Source of the DNA: Paramicrosporidium saccamoebae KSL3
Taxonomy: Eukaryota; Fungi; Cryptomycota
Length of the DNA stretch: 8,007 bases
Reading direction: 5' to 3'
NCBI GenBank assembly: GCA_002794465.1
Contig: MTSL01000078.1
Span: 1-8,007 of the forward strand
This document shows positions 5,537 through 8,007 of the stretch, one piece after another (position 1 is the first letter of the stretch; each line of letters opens with the position of its first letter). The notes beneath the pieces are model-generated. The model was given only the letters and a program-made list of their open reading frames with translations, did not search any database and was not told the DNA's origin. A program made the position numbers and the translations under genes.

Positions 5537-6154
5537 ATGAGAGCTGTATTCATTCAAAGTCTGCTGTTATCATTGGAGTCACTGGTACTCGCGGCGGGTA
5601 ATGGTCTCCTTTCCAACAATAACAACCTTGGACCTAGTCCGATCGCCAGTAACCCAATAATTGAACGAGGCGATTCGTATAATCCGTTTGCCACGAATCC
5701 GATGGACTATCCCCCATATCTCGGGTATAATTTTGGCTATAGGCCTGATTATCGATTGCGTTCTCGACGAAGGCCATATCCATACTATCCCTTTTCCGAT
5801 GCATACCGTCCATTCTATGGCCGGAATCGCCCATTTTCTCGCGCGAGAAACCGCCCCCATGTACCGGCCTATCGTCAATATCGCCCAGCTAGTCGCCGTT
5901 ATGAGGGCGTCAATCATTATTTGCCAAATTACTTTTCCGATGACTATCCGTTCTTTGATACAAACCGTGACTTTAGATCTCTTCCATCGGTTCAACACGG
6001 CTGCGCACCCCTAGTCCCAAAGGGCGCCCCGCGTTCGTATCCTTATCCACATCCACGCCCCTACCAGATGCCGCGTAATTATCGTAACTGGGCCTATTCC
6101 GATTCATCCAGCAGCTCTGACGAAGAGGTTGTCGAATATGTTTGGGAATACTAA
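5537..6154 (+). CDS. Orphan secreted low-complexity Tyr/Arg/Pro-rich protein, 205 aa
   Basis: The first ATG is at 5537 (the ORF track starts at a TTG at 5462). Signal-peptide-like MRAVFIQSLLLSLESLVLA; 24 Tyr, 24 Arg, 27 Pro, 1 Lys and 1 Cys by hand count; acidic C-terminus; AATAAA 17 bp after the stop. Confidence 0.75.
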   Translation: MRAVFIQSLLLSLESLVLAAGNGLLSNNNNLGPSPIASNPIIERGDSYNPFATNPMDYPPYLGYNFGYRPDYRLRSRRRPYPYYPFSDAYRPFYGRNRPFSRARNRPHVPAYRQYRPASRRYEGVNHYLPNYFSDDYPFFDTNRDFRSLPSVQHGCAPLVPKGAPRSYPYPHPRPYQMPRNYRNWAYSDSSSSSDEEVVEYVWEY

Positions 6155-6171
6155 CTAGTCGATGAATTTTC

Positions 6172-6177
6172 AATAAA
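6172..6177 (+). terminator. Putative polyadenylation signal AATAAA for the Tyr/Arg/Pro-rich gene
   Basis: Exact hexamer just after the TAA stop at 6152-6154, within a 70-bp convergent intergenic gap. Confidence 0.5.
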
Positions 6178-6224
6178 TACCCTTGGACCGTTGGACCGTT
6201 GGATACTAAAAAGATCTTATTAAA

Positions 6225-8007
6225 TCACTTTGGTGACTTTTTCTGACTTTTTAGAGGTGCTTTACTGGGGGAAACAGTCGGGAACGGAGCATTGGCAGGA
6301 ACTGAGGGAGATCCTTCTACAGAATGAGGAGGCCTCAGGAGAGGCGAGTTGGCGGGACGAGCCTGCATGTTGGCAATGTAGTTTCCAATCTGATGGCTCC
6401 GGTTCAGTAAGGCCTGTCGCTGTTGCTGGGTAATGGCTGCATTGGGGACCATCATGCCTGGACGAGCATTCGGGCCTGCAGGTCCTGTAACATTGGGGCT
6501 GCTCTGGGCAGACTGTGGAGGTACTCCGGGACGGGCGATGGAGGCGGCAGAGACGGCGGCTTGATAAACTGTAGCATTCATTGGCCGCTGGTTTGGGGAT
6601 CCAGGAGGTATGGCAATGTGTTGTCGGGGGACTGTGTTATTTGGCCCAGCATTCGGGGCGGCAGTCTAAGTAAGTGTAAGAGGCAGCGTCAAAATGGTAC
6701 CATAATGACTCCCGAGGGATCAGTGATTATGCGAGTCCGTTGGATCCGACGCATTGCAAGCTCCTGGGGTGTCAGTAGTTTGGAAATGTTCTGATTAGCC
6801 TTCCTGGCGGCTGCTTCGTGGGAAGGATGTGCAACCATGTTGAGTCGTTTGGTTGCAATTGGAGGCCTTGTGGCGATCAACTTTGTGCTCGAAGAATTCA
6901 TCAGAGCGATCCTGTCAAGCTGGCGCTTTGCGCGATGCTTGGATAGGTGGTCGTGTTGGGGGAGGTCTTCCCAGCGTTGTCTAACGTCCAAGGGTAGCCT
7001 AACGTGTCGACCATTGTGGAATACCGAATTTAGGATCAGAGAAATGGTTTTAAGAGAATTTTTGGGCAGCGTCCTAAGTAGCATGGCCAAGAATGAATCT
7101 TCCACCAGAGTCCAATCGGCCGGGTAGCGCTTCTCAGCAGTGGGAGGGAATGGCGGATACGACGAAACGTCAGGCATAGGCCCAGAGGAGCAGTTGTTGG
7201 CCGAGACAGTGCTTGGGGGCGTGACCAGAGGAAGATTATGGACGAGGCCAGATCCAGTACCATAGATGTGTAGTGATGCCTCGTTTAGCATTTCCCGGGA
7301 ATAATTATAGAAGAACTGGGTGTTCTTTACAGATTGTCTATTTCTCAGCGTGCTTGCTTCGTTGGCCAGCAATTTTGCCATGGACCGTTTCCAAATGGCC
7401 TCTTGTTCGAAATCGCGCTGCATAAACCACATTTCCTCGAGAAGATTGTCCCAGTTTGACTTTGGCGGGTGTGGGAAGGCAGGCTCGTCCATTTTTGCTG
7501 TCCAGCCATTACTGCTCCTCAGCTCGCACACTCGGTCAAAGCACCTTGAGAACTTTAGCTCATCCCTCGCAATGACCCAAGATTGTGTGGATATGAATTT
7601 TGGTGCACCAGGCAGCTGTCCCGCGAGGGGAAGGTGACGTATTTCCACGCCGTAGTGCACCAACGAAATGCTCTTGGACGTCGTCAGTGTAGCCTTGGTT
7701 GGAGGTTGTGTAAGTGTCTAGAATGGTCAGTAACGTAAGGGATAGGTACAATGTTGTTTTTAAGCACGTTGAACGGGACATGGTGATGCTTCTCCAGGTC
7801 GCACTGCAAAAGGATCGCTTCAGGAGACGCAACGGAAATTTCGGCCGACAGTGTTTTTAACGTACGAATACTCTCTTCATATTCTGTAATTGTTTGCCTA
7901 ATATAAGGAAGGCTAGCACTGGGAACTACCACAGCTCCTGTCTTGTCGTCTCCTCTACCATGGGATTGTACCTTTGGCAAACCAATCGATTTTACCCGTG
8001 GTGAGAC
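6225..8007 (-). CDS. EAF1: EAF1/VID21-like NuA4 scaffold subunit (HSA + SANT/Myb), 5'-partial; join complement(7750..>8007,6701..7717,6225..6665), 571 aa visible
   Basis: Eaf1-type pre-HSA segment (STQSWVIARDELK..RVCELRSSNGWT), HSA core PPKSNWDNLLEEMWFMQRDFEQEAIWKRSMAKLLA (about 7355-7490), SANT-like DWTLVEDSFL...DVRQRW (about 6968-7114), then HPSHEAA / LLTPQELAMRR and a P/Q/A/N-rich tail. Two GT..AG introns restore one frame. No in-frame ATG lies in the visible 5' exon. Confidence 0.85.
6666..6700 (-). other. Spliceosomal intron in EAF1, 35 nt, phase 0
   Basis: GTACCATTTTGACGCTGCCTCTTACACTTACTTAG has CTTAC branch-like sites. Removal joins GVIM to TAAPNAG, in frame with the 6225..6581 ORF. 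Confidence 0.82.
7718..7749 (-). other. Spliceosomal intron in EAF1, 32 nt, phase 0
   Basis: GTACCTATCCCTTACGTTACTGACCATTCTAG has a CTGAC branch site. Removal joins LKNNI to TLTQPP, in frame with the 6689..7663 ORF. Confidence 0.82.

Noticed and set aside
5579-6014. ORFs 5579..5998 (-) and 5661..6014 (+)
   Set aside because: Shadow frames of the low-complexity gene; Ile-rich artefacts with no independent support.
6225-7980. ORFs 7684..7980, 6689..7663 and 6225..6581 as three separate genes
   Set aside because: Two clean GT..AG introns join them in frame into one EAF1-like CDS; two of the listed starts are TTG.
1-8007. Prokaryotic systems, tRNA/rRNA genes, transposons
   Set aside because: No operon or Shine-Dalgarno organisation, cloverleaf, rRNA-like tract, transposase/RT ORF or terminal repeats were seen; spliceosomal introns and eukaryote-specific genes dominate.

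Overview
Gene-dense eukaryotic DNA with no prokaryotic signatures. The window holds five clear genes plus a possible gene tail at the left edge, with intergenic gaps of only 70-348 bp. In order: a possible CDS tail (1-189, +); a 160-bp degenerate pentamer array that strictly keeps an RRYYY pattern (286-445); a spliced GCK-III/MST3-like STE20 kinase (445-2072, -, two tiny introns); an intronless class II lysyl-tRNA synthetase with a mitochondrial-type presequence (2279-3952, -); two tandem intronless secreted-protein genes, a CAP/SCP-domain protein with a long Gly/Ser/Pro repeat tail (4106-5188, +) and an orphan Tyr/Arg/Pro-rich protein (5537-6154, +); and a 5'-truncated, spliced EAF1-like HSA+SANT NuA4 scaffold gene (6225->8007, -). 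All four inferred introns are 29-35 nt, end in TAG and lack the usual +5G at the donor. Compaction, tiny introns and a mitochondrial-type synthetase suggest a reduced early-diverging fungal relative (Rozellomycota-like); this is inference only. The best leads are the secreted-protein pair with shared promoter motifs, the transition-only RRYYY array, and the unusual splice donors.
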